Source: an uncultured Verrucomicrobiae bacterium
GTDB lineage: Bacteria > Verrucomicrobiota > Verrucomicrobiia > Chthoniobacterales > JAFAMB01
Direction: 5' to 3'
Assembly (NCBI GenBank): GCA_963837955.1
Contig: CAWIPH010000002.1
Location: forward strand, 4,736,001-4,800,000
Length of the DNA stretch: 64,000 nucleotides
Position numbers and translations under genes: made by a program. Below, one piece after another: positions 63,872 to 64,000 of the stretch (position 1 is the stretch's first letter; each line of letters begins with the position of its first letter). The notes beneath the pieces were generated by a model. It was not told where the DNA came from. It saw nothing but the letters and a program-made list of their open reading frames with translations, and made no database searches.

Positions 63872-63951
63872 AAATCACTGACCGGATCGAGTTGTACAAG
63901 GGGAAGCCCGAAATTCGGATAGACGCCGCTTCTCTGCTCCAGGTCGAGTGA
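63838..63951 (+). pseudogene. C-terminal fragment of an OB-fold-like protein
   Basis: Shifted frame reads LSDIEGNKVKITDRIELYKGKPEIRIDAASLLQVE*. Confidence 0.5.
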
Positions 63952-64000
63952 ATGGGAGCATATGCCTAAAAACGTTCGCAAAGCGGTTTCTCTAGCCGCG

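Overview
Bacterial chromosomal window, most likely from a soil Verrucomicrobiota (Spartobacteria/Chthoniobacterales-like) genome. That assignment is inferred from the style of RpoD, ClpC, UvrC and the ExbBD-TPR cluster and was not checked by search. Positions 1-52 kb are mostly core/housekeeping: rsmB, panD, an acvB-mprF-sanA lipid-modification unit, aroD, pyk, hisS-aspS, an FKBP PPIase, PBP2, uvrC, exbBD-TPR, thiH-thiS, dnaG-rpoD, lipA, rplM-rpsI, dinB and two tandem tricorn (S41) proteases. A REP/MITE-like inverted-repeat element and tRNA-Asp(GTC) follow. From about 52.6 kb to the end is a mosaic, island-like region of small ORFans and gene fragments. It holds two gap-free paralogous 54-codon basic micro-ORFs, a recurrent CTAG-rich ~21-bp motif that brackets ORFs like cassette junctions, a CX5R phosphatase, an hsdR deletion scar, a small protein resembling the anti-CRISPR AcrIE4, a stand-alone clpC and a truncated PD-(D/E)xK nuclease. 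No integrase, CRISPR array or rRNA was seen. The best leads are the AcrIE4-like gene and the possible short-repeat-delimited ORFan cassette system. All family assignments come from motif recognition only.
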